Source: Gemmatimonadales bacterium (GTDB lineage: Bacteria; Gemmatimonadota; Gemmatimonadetes; Gemmatimonadales; GWC2-71-9). Taken from it: DNA of 64,000 bases. Numbering within the stretch: position 1 is the first letter of the stretch; each line of letters begins with the position of its first letter. Positions 41,233 through 51,500 of this stretch are shown in pieces. The DNA is taken from positions 2,592,001-2,656,000 of the forward strand of contig OZ252244.1 of NCBI GenBank assembly GCA_965249575.1. Direction: 5' to 3'. The notes under the pieces are model-generated. The model was given only the letters and a program-made list of their open reading frames with translations, was not told the origin of the DNA and ran no database searches. The translations under genes were made by a program, and so were the position numbers.

Positions 41233-42675
41233 ATGCGCGTTACGCTGCTTGCTGCATTCGTCGGTTTGTTTCTCGCCTCTCCGCTGTACTCCCAACGCGC
41301 CGACGAATTGTCGCCAGCGGTACGGGAGTACGTGAGCGTCGATGCGCCTGTGATCGCCTTGACCGGCGTCCAGGTGATCGATGGTACCGGGGCACCCCGC
41401 ACAACCGACCAGACGGTGGTGATCGCCGACGGGCGGATTCAAGCAGTTGGACCTACCGGATCCACCGATATCCCCGACGGGGCCGAGGTGCTGGACCTAC
41501 CCGGCCACACCGTCGTTCCGGGTATGGTGGGCCTCCACGATCACACCCTATACACGACTTACAAGCGCATCGTGCAGATCAGTTTTTCCTCATCTCGGCT
41601 GTATCTCGCGAGTGGGGTCACGTCCATTCGTACCACGGGGGCGCTCGAACCCTACAGCGAGATCAATCTGAAGGCACAGATCGACGGCGGGGAGGTACCC
41701 GGGCCTCGAATGCACCTTACCGGCCCGCACATCACGGGGGGGCGTCCATTCTCCTACGGTGACGGGATGATGATCAACTGGATGCGCCACGTGGACACCC
41801 CGGAGGTAGCGCGGCGCGCCGTGAGCTATTGGGCCGAGGAGGGTGCGACGTGGATCAAGGTGTACACGGAGATCAGCCGGGAAGCGCTCGCGGCGGTGGT
41901 CGACGAAGCGCACATGCGGGGGATGAAGGTCACCGGGCACCTCTGCTCCGTGACCTATCGTGAGGCGGCGGCGATCGGGATGGACAATGTCGAGCACGGT
42001 CTGCGAACCAACACCGACTACCATCCAAACAAAGAGCCGGACCAATGCCCCGCCGATCGCACCGCGGGGCAGATCGACCTAGATATCGGCGGCGATGCCG
42101 TGAAGGCCACTTTCAGCGATTTGATCGGGAAGAACGTCGCGATGACGTCGACGCTCGTGGTGTCGGAGCCATCCGTTCCAAACCGACCGCCGCTCGAGCA
42201 GCGCACGCTCGATGCCATGGCACCGGCCGTTCGGGGCGAGGTCCTCGAGGTGCGCGCGAAGGTCGCCGAGCGGCCGGCCAGGGTCCCCGCGGCGCTGTAT
42301 CGAAAAGCGATGGACTACGAGGTTGCCTTTTTCAGAGCGGGCGGGTTGCTGGCCGCGGGTTCCGATCCCACCGGCTACGGCACAGTTCTGCCGGGGTTCG
42401 GCGATCAGCGGAACTACGAGTTGTTCATCGAGGCCGGTTTCACCCCGGAGGAGGCAGTCCAGATCCTGTCAGCCAATGGCGCGAAAGTACTTGACCAATC
42501 CGACCGACTCGGCACGGTGACCGCCGGCAAGCTCGCTGACCTGATCGTTATTGAAGGCGATCCGACCGCAACCCCTGCCGATTTCAAGAACGCGACCATC
42601 GTGTTCAAAGACGGTGTCGGGTACGATTCAGCGAAGCTCGTTGACTCAGTGCGCGGATTGGTAGGGGTGAGGTGA
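41233..42675 (+). CDS. Secreted metal-dependent amidohydrolase
   Basis: PGMVGLHDH, WIKVY, VTGHL, EHG, GSD, GKLADL...GDP. Confidence 0.9.
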   Translation: MRVTLLAAFVGLFLASPLYSQRADELSPAVREYVSVDAPVIALTGVQVIDGTGAPRTTDQTVVIADGRIQAVGPTGSTDIPDGAEVLDLPGHTVVPGMVGLHDHTLYTTYKRIVQISFSSSRLYLASGVTSIRTTGALEPYSEINLKAQIDGGEVPGPRMHLTGPHITGGRPFSYGDGMMINWMRHVDTPEVARRAVSYWAEEGATWIKVYTEISREALAAVVDEAHMRGMKVTGHLCSVTYREAAAIGMDNVEHGLRTNTDYHPNKEPDQCPADRTAGQIDLDIGGDAVKATFSDLIGKNVAMTSTLVVSEPSVPNRPPLEQRTLDAMAPAVRGEVLEVRAKVAERPARVPAALYRKAMDYEVAFFRAGGLLAAGSDPTGYGTVLPGFGDQRNYELFIEAGFTPEEAVQILSANGAKVLDQSDRLGTVTAGKLADLIVIEGDPTATPADFKNATIVFKDGVGYDSAKLVDSVRGLVGVR

Positions 42676-42807
42676 GTGTGTGATGTGTGATGAGCAGAGT
42701 ATGACGAGGATGCCTGGCCCGGCTTGGACCTGCTCGCGAGGTCGTTTGCCGGTGTCAGAAGTTCTCGTCGGTCCGCCGGCACGCCACTCGTCGGTAGGGG
42801 ATCGATC

Positions 42808-43776
42808 GTGAACATCCGCATCTTGACCGCAAACGACGTTCGATCGGCCATAGACATGAAGGCGGCTATCACCGCCATGAAGGACGCGTTCGGACAGCTG
42901 TCGAGGGGCCTGGCCCGCGTGCCCGTGCGGCTGGGAGTCGAGAGCGACGCGGGCGTAACACTGTTCATGCCGGCGTACCTCGAGAGCACGGGGGATCTTG
43001 GGGCAAAGGTTGCATCGCTGTATATGGGCAATCCCGCCAAGGGCCTGCCGGCAATCAGCGCCGTCGTTCTGGTGATCGATAGCGCAACCGGATCCCTCCG
43101 TGCCCTGTTGGATGGCACGTACTTGACTGCGCTGCGCACTGGTGCCGCTGCCGGCCTGGCGACGGATCTCCTCGCGCGGTCCGATGCTTCAGTCGTAACG
43201 ATCTTCGGTGCGGGTGCCCAAGCCCCCGCACAAATCGAAGCCGTGCGCGCCGTCAGGCCAATTGAAGAGGTGCGAATCGTCTCGCGCACCCGCAAGTCGG
43301 CGGAGCGATTCGCTGAACACCTCAGCGGCGTAAAGGCTCGAGTCTTCGAGGATCGCTCGAAGGCGGTAAGAGGCGCCCACATCATCACGGCCGTGACCAC
43401 GAGCGAAGCACCGGTCTTCGTTGGGAAAGATGTGGAGCCCGGAACGCATATCAACGGGGTCGGATCGTTCACGCCAACGATGCAAGAGGTCGATGCTGAC
43501 ACCGTGCGGAGGTCCCGTATCGTGGTAGACTCCCGAGAGGCCGTGTTGGAAGAGGCCGGTGATCTCATTATTCCCATCAACGACGGCGTCATCCGTGCCG
43601 AGGACCTTGACACGGAGCTGGGAGACATCGTTAACGGGAGGAAGCCGGGTCGCACCGCGGATGATGAAATCACCTTCTTCAAGTCAGTGGGCGTCGCCGT
43701 GCAAGACGTGGTGACGGCGCGGCATGTGATCGACGCCGCTGAATCCCGTGGTCTTGGAGCGAGCGTCGAGATCTGA
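42808..43776 (+). CDS. Ornithine cyclodeaminase / mu-crystallin family protein
   Basis: LFMPA, LTALRTGAA, GAGAQA, HINGVGS, FKSVGVAVQD. Confidence 0.92.
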   Translation: MNIRILTANDVRSAIDMKAAITAMKDAFGQLSRGLARVPVRLGVESDAGVTLFMPAYLESTGDLGAKVASLYMGNPAKGLPAISAVVLVIDSATGSLRALLDGTYLTALRTGAAAGLATDLLARSDASVVTIFGAGAQAPAQIEAVRAVRPIEEVRIVSRTRKSAERFAEHLSGVKARVFEDRSKAVRGAHIITAVTTSEAPVFVGKDVEPGTHINGVGSFTPTMQEVDADTVRRSRIVVDSREAVLEEAGDLIIPINDGVIRAEDLDTELGDIVNGRKPGRTADDEITFFKSVGVAVQDVVTARHVIDAAESRGLGASVEI

Positions 43777-43827
43777 GTCTCCGGTCGAAAACTGAACTTC
43801 CGCACTCTCTAGCCAATCGGCGGATCA

Positions 43828-45261
43828 ATGTCGAAACAACTGCTTCTCCGATCCGCGCCCGCACACGTAATCGCTGTGTCGATTCTTCTACAGCCCAGCT
43901 TGCTCGCTCAGAGTCCAGGTGCCGCGCCCAAGGTAGGCGGCAGTCCCAACGTCCAGGTTCTCTCGCACGTCCCGATTCGCGGGTTCATGCAGGTTGGCGA
44001 CATCGAGCTCGAGCAGGAGATCTCACGGCCGTACGCATACCTGTCGCGGCTGCGGCTCCTGACCGACGAGGCCGGATTCACGGTGATCGGCCTGAAAGAT
44101 CCAAGGGATCCCGAGATGCTGTACTCCTGGCGCATCGAGGACGCCGAGCTGCACGGGTCGGGGTTGGGCGGAACGGACGGGAAGTACTTCAAGTACGGCG
44201 GACGCTACTACTACGTGCAGAGCTTTCAGTTCGGTCAGAGTGGGCCGAACGCTGATCTCGGCGCCGTCGTGTTCGACGTCACGGGGCTTCCGGACACATC
44301 GATGATTCGGGAAGTCGCACGAATGCGCGTGCCGGAGATTCCGAACGGATTCCATAACATATTCATGTACAAGCACTCGAGTGGCCAGCCTCTTCTGTTC
44401 GCCGCGTTTGGGGGCTCCGGCCAATACGCGTATGTCTACGACATGGCGCGAGTGGTGTCAGGTGAGGCCGCGCGTTCCCTCGCCGGGAAGATCCCGGTTC
44501 CGGGCGACCTCCTGACATCGGTATACATACCCGGATACACACGGCCGATCAGGATCAGGGGCTATCACGACATGTACGTAGGCTACGATCCCGCCAGCCG
44601 GCAGGACCGGTTCTATGGAGCGGGATCGGGAGGATATTACGTCTATGACGTGACGAATCCGGAAAACCCGCGGATCCTCACGTCAATCACCGGGGCGGAT
44701 GGCGTCCCGTTTGGCCACACGTTCACGCCGACGCCCGACGGGTGCTACGCCGTTGCCGAGACGGAGTACCAGCACGCGCCGCTGCGGATCTTCGACCTGC
44801 AGCCTGGTCTTGATGGGGAAGTCGAGACCATCACCCGTCCCGTCGGGGCGTGGACAGCTGACTGGCGGGCCCTCGTCCACCAGCAGGAAGTCCGTTGGCC
44901 GTACGTCTTCGTACCGGGATACGAAGACGGCCTCCAGGTCTTCAACATGATGGATCCCACGGCTCCACACACAGTGGGACACTACTACACGTGTGAGTGC
45001 CCACACGAGCGCGGCTGGGCCGGTAATCGGCAGGCCCCCCCTGGTGAAAGCGTCTACAACGGAGCAATGGGGGTCGATATCCGTAACGAGGACGGCCTCA
45101 TTGCGCTGAGCGACTCGGAGACCGGTTTCTGGGCATTTCGACTCGACGGGTTCGACGGTTGGAACGGGCACGACTGGGGAGTGCCAAACATCTCAAGTGC
45201 GCAGGATTGGGAGAACGGGCCCGAGGGAGCCGATGCCGGCGCTCGTGTGAGCGCGAGGTGA
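43828..45261 (+). CDS. Secreted LVIVD-like beta-propeller protein, paralog 4 (most divergent)
   Basis: ELEQEISRPYAY, GFHNIF.YKH, GYHDMYVGYDP, GFWAF.LDGFDGWNGH.WG.PNISSAQDW. Confidence 0.8.
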   Translation: MSKQLLLRSAPAHVIAVSILLQPSLLAQSPGAAPKVGGSPNVQVLSHVPIRGFMQVGDIELEQEISRPYAYLSRLRLLTDEAGFTVIGLKDPRDPEMLYSWRIEDAELHGSGLGGTDGKYFKYGGRYYYVQSFQFGQSGPNADLGAVVFDVTGLPDTSMIREVARMRVPEIPNGFHNIFMYKHSSGQPLLFAAFGGSGQYAYVYDMARVVSGEAARSLAGKIPVPGDLLTSVYIPGYTRPIRIRGYHDMYVGYDPASRQDRFYGAGSGGYYVYDVTNPENPRILTSITGADGVPFGHTFTPTPDGCYAVAETEYQHAPLRIFDLQPGLDGEVETITRPVGAWTADWRALVHQQEVRWPYVFVPGYEDGLQVFNMMDPTAPHTVGHYYTCECPHERGWAGNRQAPPGESVYNGAMGVDIRNEDGLIALSDSETGFWAFRLDGFDGWNGHDWGVPNISSAQDWENGPEGADAGARVSAR

Positions 45262-45319
45262 GGGCGAGCAGTGGGCGGCAAAGCGTTCGGGCGTTGAATT
45301 CGTTCTCCGAGCCAGCTTG

Positions 45320-45401
45320 GTCATCCCACTCCTGCGCACTCGAAAACGTTTGGCATCCCCTATCAGTGGCCGTTTCATCCGTCGAAGCCGTCCATCTTGA
45401 A
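45320..45401 (-). pseudogene. Degenerate inverted relic of an LVIVD-like gene tail
   Basis: Reverse strand reads FKMDGFDG*NGH**GMPNV-(shift)-SSAQEWDD. Confidence 0.8.
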
Positions 45402-45493
45402 CCGCCCCCGAGCGCGGCGACTCGTTCGACGCCTCCCGTTAGGAGCCCGAGTCGTGAGGAGCGGACGAAAGTCAGTCGGGATCCGTTGCTGCG

Positions 45494-47353
45494 TCAATAG
45501 CCTTCCCAGAGGCCGTTGCTACCGCGGCCGATGCCGGTCTTCGCGCCAGTAGTTGGGTCGACAGCGACGGCCACCCAGGCACCTCCCTGAGACGCTTGAG
45601 CCGGATCCTCTACCGCCTCGATATCGAGGCCTCTTGCCTTGACGGCTTCCAGCACGGAACGGCTGAACTGACCCGGCCCAATGGGCTGGCGTAGCGGCAT
45701 GTTCGGCGGCCAGTTCCTGCGAAAGTGCGGCGCGGCGGCTGAGCGAGCAACGGTCATGCGGTATTCCAGAACGTTCACGATCGCCTGCAGGCCATACTCG
45801 AACCACGAGGTACCAATGCTGCTGCATCCGAACACCGGCGTGCCGTCCTTTAGGGCGATTGCCGGGCAGCCTTCCGGGTCCACACGGTGGTACCACTTTT
45901 CGCCGGGCTGTAACGCCGCCAGTAGATTCTGAGTAAAGGCACCGGCGTCCACTACCGACACGCCGTCCACGAAGATGCCCACTTCGCCCCAGATCGCGCT
46001 GGAGACGGAGTGGCTCATGGCCGCCATGTTGCCGTTCGCGTCCACCGCGACGACTCCCGCCGTATGTTCTCGTACCCGATCCCGGCTGGTAAAGTCCTTG
46101 ATCAGGTTGGTGACGCTCTCCGCGCCATGAGTCGCGATCGTTCTGGCCTGAGCTTCGAGGTCCTCGAAAGCCGGTTGACGCATTGCCGACCAGATCTGCC
46201 CCGCGTTGGATTTTCCGGTGCGCCCGTCGAGGGTCAAATCGATACCGGGTAGATAGCGCTCGATGAGCTCGGCTGGGACCGGTGCTCCGGCGATGGGCGG
46301 GCCGAGAATCTCGCCCAACCGGGAAATGCGGATGAGTTGATAGAGGGCCTCGGACGAGTCATGATAATCGCCGATGCCTCTCAGGTCCGCTTCCTCCACG
46401 ACGTTCAGGGCTTCGAGAGTGTTAGTCGAGGCATATACGTCGTACTCGCGGAAGCGGGTGTGGCGGGCCGGCGTCCAGATCGCCTGGTAGCGCTCGAGGT
46501 CGGTCATTGTGAGCTTGCCGCCCTCGTTCTGAACCGCGGCAACGAGCTTCTCGCCCCAGTCGCCGGTATACATGTACGCGATACCCTCGCTGGCAACGCA
46601 GCGTAGCGTCCGCGCAAGTTGCGGCTGTCTGAACACCTCTCCCGTGCCGTAGAGCTTCCCATCGCGCTTGGTGAATATCTCGCGGCCGCCGGGCAATCGG
46701 GTGAGCACGTGTTTTCGTTGCTGCATGTACTGCGCGAAGCTTTCTGACAACTCGAAACCGTTCTCGGCGATGTCGATCGCCGGCTCGAGCAGCTGGGCCA
46801 GAGGCAGGAAGCCGAATCGTTCGTGTAACGCGCCGATCCCCGCCATGAATCCGGGGACCAGGACGGCACGGCCGGAGGGCGTACCGTAAGGCGGAATGGT
46901 CAGCGGGTCCTCCTCCTCGAGGACACGGGCATAAGAGGCATCGAGCATGTGCACCTCGCCGCTGGTCGCCTCGAAGTAGAACACCTGCATGTTACCAGCG
47001 AAGCTCGTCGCGCCGCCGGCATGTAACGCAATCTGAGCGAGAGCCGTCGCAATGGCCGCATCAGCGGCACTCCCGCCTGCTTCGAGCGCCTTCCGTCCGG
47101 CGTGCACCGCGACTGGGCCCGACGTTCCCGCTACCATGCCTTGGGTTCCAACACCAGCTACTGGTGTTTCCGGAGTTCGCGCCGCGAGAGACCAATAGTG
47201 TGATTGCTCGGTTTCCGGCCAGGTCGAGGGCGCCAGCCCGATTTCGTCATCTTGGTCGTCGATGGCGGTCTGCGAGCACGCCGCAGTGGCCGACAACAGC
47301 GTTGTCACAGCGGCGAGGATCTCTCGACGACCGAGTCCTCTCGTTCTTCGCAT
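45494..47353 (-). CDS. Gamma-glutamyltransferase-family (Ntn hydrolase) lipoprotein with atypical active site
   Basis: LEAGGSAADAAIA, VLVPG, LLEPAI.IAENGF, QPQLARTL, nucleophile in EHTAGVVAVD..GN; RR plus TAAC signal. Confidence 0.85.
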   Translation of the reverse strand: MRRTRGLGRREILAAVTTLLSATAACSQTAIDDQDDEIGLAPSTWPETEQSHYWSLAARTPETPVAGVGTQGMVAGTSGPVAVHAGRKALEAGGSAADAAIATALAQIALHAGGATSFAGNMQVFYFEATSGEVHMLDASYARVLEEEDPLTIPPYGTPSGRAVLVPGFMAGIGALHERFGFLPLAQLLEPAIDIAENGFELSESFAQYMQQRKHVLTRLPGGREIFTKRDGKLYGTGEVFRQPQLARTLRCVASEGIAYMYTGDWGEKLVAAVQNEGGKLTMTDLERYQAIWTPARHTRFREYDVYASTNTLEALNVVEEADLRGIGDYHDSSEALYQLIRISRLGEILGPPIAGAPVPAELIERYLPGIDLTLDGRTGKSNAGQIWSAMRQPAFEDLEAQARTIATHGAESVTNLIKDFTSRDRVREHTAGVVAVDANGNMAAMSHSVSSAIWGEVGIFVDGVSVVDAGAFTQNLLAALQPGEKWYHRVDPEGCPAIALKDGTPVFGCSSIGTSWFEYGLQAIVNVLEYRMTVARSAAAPHFRRNWPPNMPLRQPIGPGQFSRSVLEAVKARGLDIEAVEDPAQASQGGAWVAVAVDPTTGAKTGIGRGSNGLWEGY

Positions 47354-47500
47354 GGCTCTCTCCGTTCGGACGCGTCGCCCGAGCTGATCTGCTTGTGAGG
47401 TGAGGATCGTACCCACGGTGCAGCGAGTACCGTCCCTGAGCCCATCCCTATCCTGTGACCTACCTGTCCTCTACAACTGGGGATGGAGCAGCCCCCCGTC

Positions 47501-48280
47501 TCACTGGTGCTTGCCTCCCATGATGGCGCTGATTGTTCCGTTCGATAGGCCGCTCAACCAGCCGCCGTCAACCACGAGCGATGTGCCGGTGACGTATTTG
47601 CTTTCGTCGCTTGCTAGGAAGTGTATGGCCCCGGCGATCTCTTCGGGTTGAGCGATTCGACCGGCGGGCGTAATCACCTTGACTAGTTCGAGCTCGTCAT
47701 CCGCCCCGGCCTGTTGATTGATCGGCGTGTCGACAGTGCCAGGACATACGTCGTTGACGCGGATTTCCCTGGACGCGAGCTCGATCGCCGCAACTCGTGT
47801 GAGGCCCAGCACAGACCACTTGGAGGAGACGTACGCGCCGTATCCGGGGAGGCCGGTCAAGCCCGCGACCGAACTCACGTTGATAATGCTGCCGCCGTGG
47901 GTCATCTGACGTGCACCATATTTCATCCCGTAGAGGACACCCAGTACGTTCACGCGGTAGTGCTGATCCATGGATTCTCGCGACAGATCCAACACTTCCT
48001 TACCGACTTCACCAAAACCAGCGTTGTTCACCACGACGTCGATGCGACCGTGCTGCTTGGCCGAGTGTTTCATAAGGGCCTCGACGTCACCTTCTTCGCC
48101 GACGTCAGTTCGTAGAAAGCTCGCGCCGAAGGAGTCAGCCAGTGCCCGTGAATCGCTACGGTTCGCGATCGTGACCCTTGCGCCTGCTTGGGCGAATCGC
48201 CGAGCTGTTGCGAGACCGATGCCTGAGCCTCCGCCGGTGATGACCGCGACTTTGCCATCCAAAGAGAAGAAGTTGCTCAT
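47501..48280 (-). CDS. Short-chain dehydrogenase/reductase
   Basis: TGGGSGIG, NNAG, SS, YVSSK, PG.VDT, VDGG. Confidence 0.95.
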   Translation of the reverse strand: MSNFFSLDGKVAVITGGGSGIGLATARRFAQAGARVTIANRSDSRALADSFGASFLRTDVGEEGDVEALMKHSAKQHGRIDVVVNNAGFGEVGKEVLDLSRESMDQHYRVNVLGVLYGMKYGARQMTHGGSIINVSSVAGLTGLPGYGAYVSSKWSVLGLTRVAAIELASREIRVNDVCPGTVDTPINQQAGADDELELVKVITPAGRIAQPEEIAGAIHFLASDESKYVTGTSLVVDGGWLSGLSNGTISAIMGGKHQ

Positions 48281-48420
48281 CGTCGACCCTTTCCCATTGT
48301 TGTCGGACCAGGCTGTTGTTTGGCGTAATGCGAAGAGTCCGTGCTCACAAGTCGGATGCCAACAAGAGGATGGCTAACGCGCCCCCGTGGCTCGGGGGGG
48401 GGCGCCGTTAGAGGTGCGCG

Positions 48421-48500
48421 GGGAGCGAGGAGGCCTCATCCTCGCGTGACTGTAGAACGCGGGGGCCCGGCCTCCTTACTTCTCACTGGGGAGTCGGGGG
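48421..48500 (-). repeat. Dispersed palindromic element, copy downstream of the MoxR operon
   Basis: Minus strand AGTAAGGAGGCCGGGCCCCCGCGTTCT...ACGCGAG...GGCCTCCT; 8-bp perfect stem AGGAGGCC/GGCCTCCT. Confidence 0.6.
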
Positions 48501-48512
48501 GGAGGGTCCTCC

Positions 48513-51500
48513 TTACTCCCTCGACAATGACCGATAGTACTCCTCGACCATCTCGCGGTATCCCGCTGGCACTTCATCTGAGCCGGACAAGAATAACCGT
48601 TCGCGGTCCGCACCGTCGATTTCACGGCGCAGCGCGTACTCGAACTGTTTCAGTCCGTCGAGTGCGAGGCGTTGAAGCCGCTCGAATTCTAGAGGGTCGT
48701 CGTAGACACGCTGGCTGTCGAGGGCTCGCAGCCGTTGAATGACTTCGTCGATGTCCGCGACCTCGACGCCCTCGCGCCTCAGATCGCGGCGAAGGCCCTC
48801 GATGTCGTTTCGCCGCTCCCGGATCTCGCGTCGGAATTGGCGGATGTCACTCGGCGAGAGCCTCCCCGGAGCGAGGCGCGATCCGTTCCCGCCGGGCGCT
48901 AACGCCCCGCCGTCGTTAACGGCTCCGTCCGCTGCTCCCCGCCCGGATGGGGATTGCTCGCCGGCGCCCCCGTTCCCCCCTTGTGCCTCTGTATTCTCGC
49001 TGCCCTGCTGGCCCTGTCTGCCGGCCTGGTCGTCCTGGCCACGCTGTCCCGCGAGCCGGCGTTCGCGGATTCGCTCCTCCAAGGACTCCAGCCCGCGCAC
49101 CGCCTGCCTCGTCCTCTCGAGCGCGCCGGCCAGGTTATCCTCTGGGTTCTGCCCAACGGCATCCTTGGCGTCGGCGAGTCGTTGTTGCAGTGAATCGATG
49201 TCAGAGGAGATCTGTCCCTCGAACTCGCGGGCGTACTCGGGCGAGCGGCCTGCCACGATCCCCTTCGAGTACCGGATCTTCTCTTTGAGCTTCGTTTGCC
49301 GGATCGAGTTCGCTGCTTCCCTGAGCTTCCGGGACGCTTCCCGCTGTTCGCGGCTGACGTCCCGCGCCATCTGGTCGAGCTGTCCTTCGAGATCGGCTAC
49401 TTGTCCGGCAAGCTGGTCCTTTCGCTCGAGCAATCGGCGCATCTGGTCGGGAGTGTTCTGGCCCACCGGGCGCAGATCCTGCACGTCATCCTCGATCTTG
49501 TCTTGCAGCTCGGCGACACGCCGCGCTTGGCGGATGGCGTCGGTTAGACCGTCTTCAATGCGCTCGGTCTGGTTTTTTTCTAGGAGCCTGCGCGCGTCGG
49601 CGAGCCTATCCAGAGCGGAGATTCCCTCGCCCATCCCGCGCTCTGCGCCGTCTGCTGCCGAGCGCCGCATGGCCTGTGCCGCGTCCTTGAGTCGCCGGGC
49701 GGTGTTCGCGAGCTCGGGGGAGGACCGTTCCCGTGCTAGGCGCTCGAGCCGACGCGCAAGCTCCTCGGTCTCCTCCGCCAACTCCCGCTGAGCGGCTGGG
49801 GTTCCGCCGGGCGCTCCTTCGAGCCTGGCTCGCCGGCGGAGGCGCTCGTTGTGCTGCTCCTGTCGGCGCGCGAGCTCCTTCAGCCGGGCCAACGTCTCGT
49901 CGATCAGATTATTGGTAACCTGGCGCTCACCCCGCTGCACGGTCTCGTACTGATTTCGGAGCTTGTCCAGCTCGAGCTCGAACAGATCGGCCAGGTCCTC
50001 GGCGTTCGAGTCCCACCCCCCGGTGCCGCCCGCGTTTCCCGAACCCACTCGGACTTCGCGGAACACCGCCTCTGCCCGCTGCAGGTGCGCGAGCGCCCGT
50101 TGCTCTGGAGCCAGTGCCTCATCGGGCTTGCGCTCGCTCAGTTTCTGCTCCGCCAGTTCCATCTCGGCCGCGGCCAACGGGAATGACTCGATGATCCTGC
50201 GAAATCCCGAGTCGGTCTCGACAACGCCGCGGTTCTTCATGCGCTGGACGAGGGCGAGCACCTGCTGCCTGATGCCACGTTGCGCCTGGACGAGAGTATT
50301 CAGGTTTTCCTGGTATTCGGTTTCAGGATATGTGTCGCGGTCTCGTACCATCTTGAAGGTCGCCACGATGATTTCGCGCTGTCGCCCGGATAAAGCGCTT
50401 CCGGCCCCTCCTCCGCCCCCCATCTGTCCGCGCTGATCGGCCTGTCGGTACTCCTTGCCGAACGGCCGGACATCGAGGAAGTACATGTCCGTGGACGCCG
50501 TTTGGTCTCTCGTATCCGATGCCCTGGCGAAGTACGCCACGAGATCGCCCGGCTCGAGCTCGAACTCCTCCAAGAAAAATGTGTGGCCGGCCGTAAGGTC
50601 CCTCTGTCGTCCGCGTGCTGCCGAATAGAGCTCCACGGATTGCTCGGCGCCGCCATTTACCGAGTACACCAACGCGAGGGCCTTTACGCCGAAGTCGTCT
50701 TCGACTCGCGCCTCCGCGAACACCTCCTCGATCGAGCTCACGCGCGTGTCACGTCCCGGCTTGGAGAACGACACTGACGGTGGCTGATCCGACAGCACGT
50801 CGATGGCGTACTCAGGTGATGCGGGAACGAGAACGCCCTCCGGGCTCTCCAGCTCGATGTGGTAGAAGCTCGACCGCGCGACACGTAATGCGCCGGAAAG
50901 TACGCTATCCCCCTCTGCTGTGAGGTTGATCGGCTCGGCTCCCTCGATCAGGATGCGCCCGTTGGAAACGGGAATCGTCGGTGTGATCCGCAGCAAGACC
51001 CTGGTCCCCCGCAACGCCGCTATGTCACCACCGTCTTCTTGGCGCTGCGGGCTCAGGCCGGTATACGCGGGAAACCGATACTCGAGGTCGATCCGATCGA
51101 CGTAGGGCAGATCGGCGACGTCGATGCGATGGACAACGGATCGTACGCCGCTTGCCTCCACGAAGTACTCGGTCTGCTCGTCGAGGTCGAGGAGCATGAA
51201 GAGGTGCGATCCGGAGGCATCGTCGAGGTGCATCGGCCACCGCTCCCACTTGCCCGCCTCGCCGGTCTGTGTGACGATTTCGACTTGCTCGGCATCGAAT
51301 CCGAGGAGCGTGGCCGTGATCTGTTGATCTGCTCCCCGGGCGAGCGTGATGCTCCCGGGGGAGACGTCGATCGAGTAGACACTCGCTGCGCGAGCGCTCG
51401 TCCAGGGGAAGACAATGAGCGGCGCCGCGTGTCGTAGGAACGCCGGGCTTGCGATGATCGCCGCCAATCCAGCCGCCATGGCCCCCGCAAAGAGCCCATA

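Noticed and set aside
42676..42695. TGTGTGA tandem repeat
   Set aside because: Only two units; not distinguishable from chance
42414..43805. 463-aa minus-strand ORF
   Set aside because: Antisense shadow of the cyclodeaminase and amidohydrolase genes; no motifs
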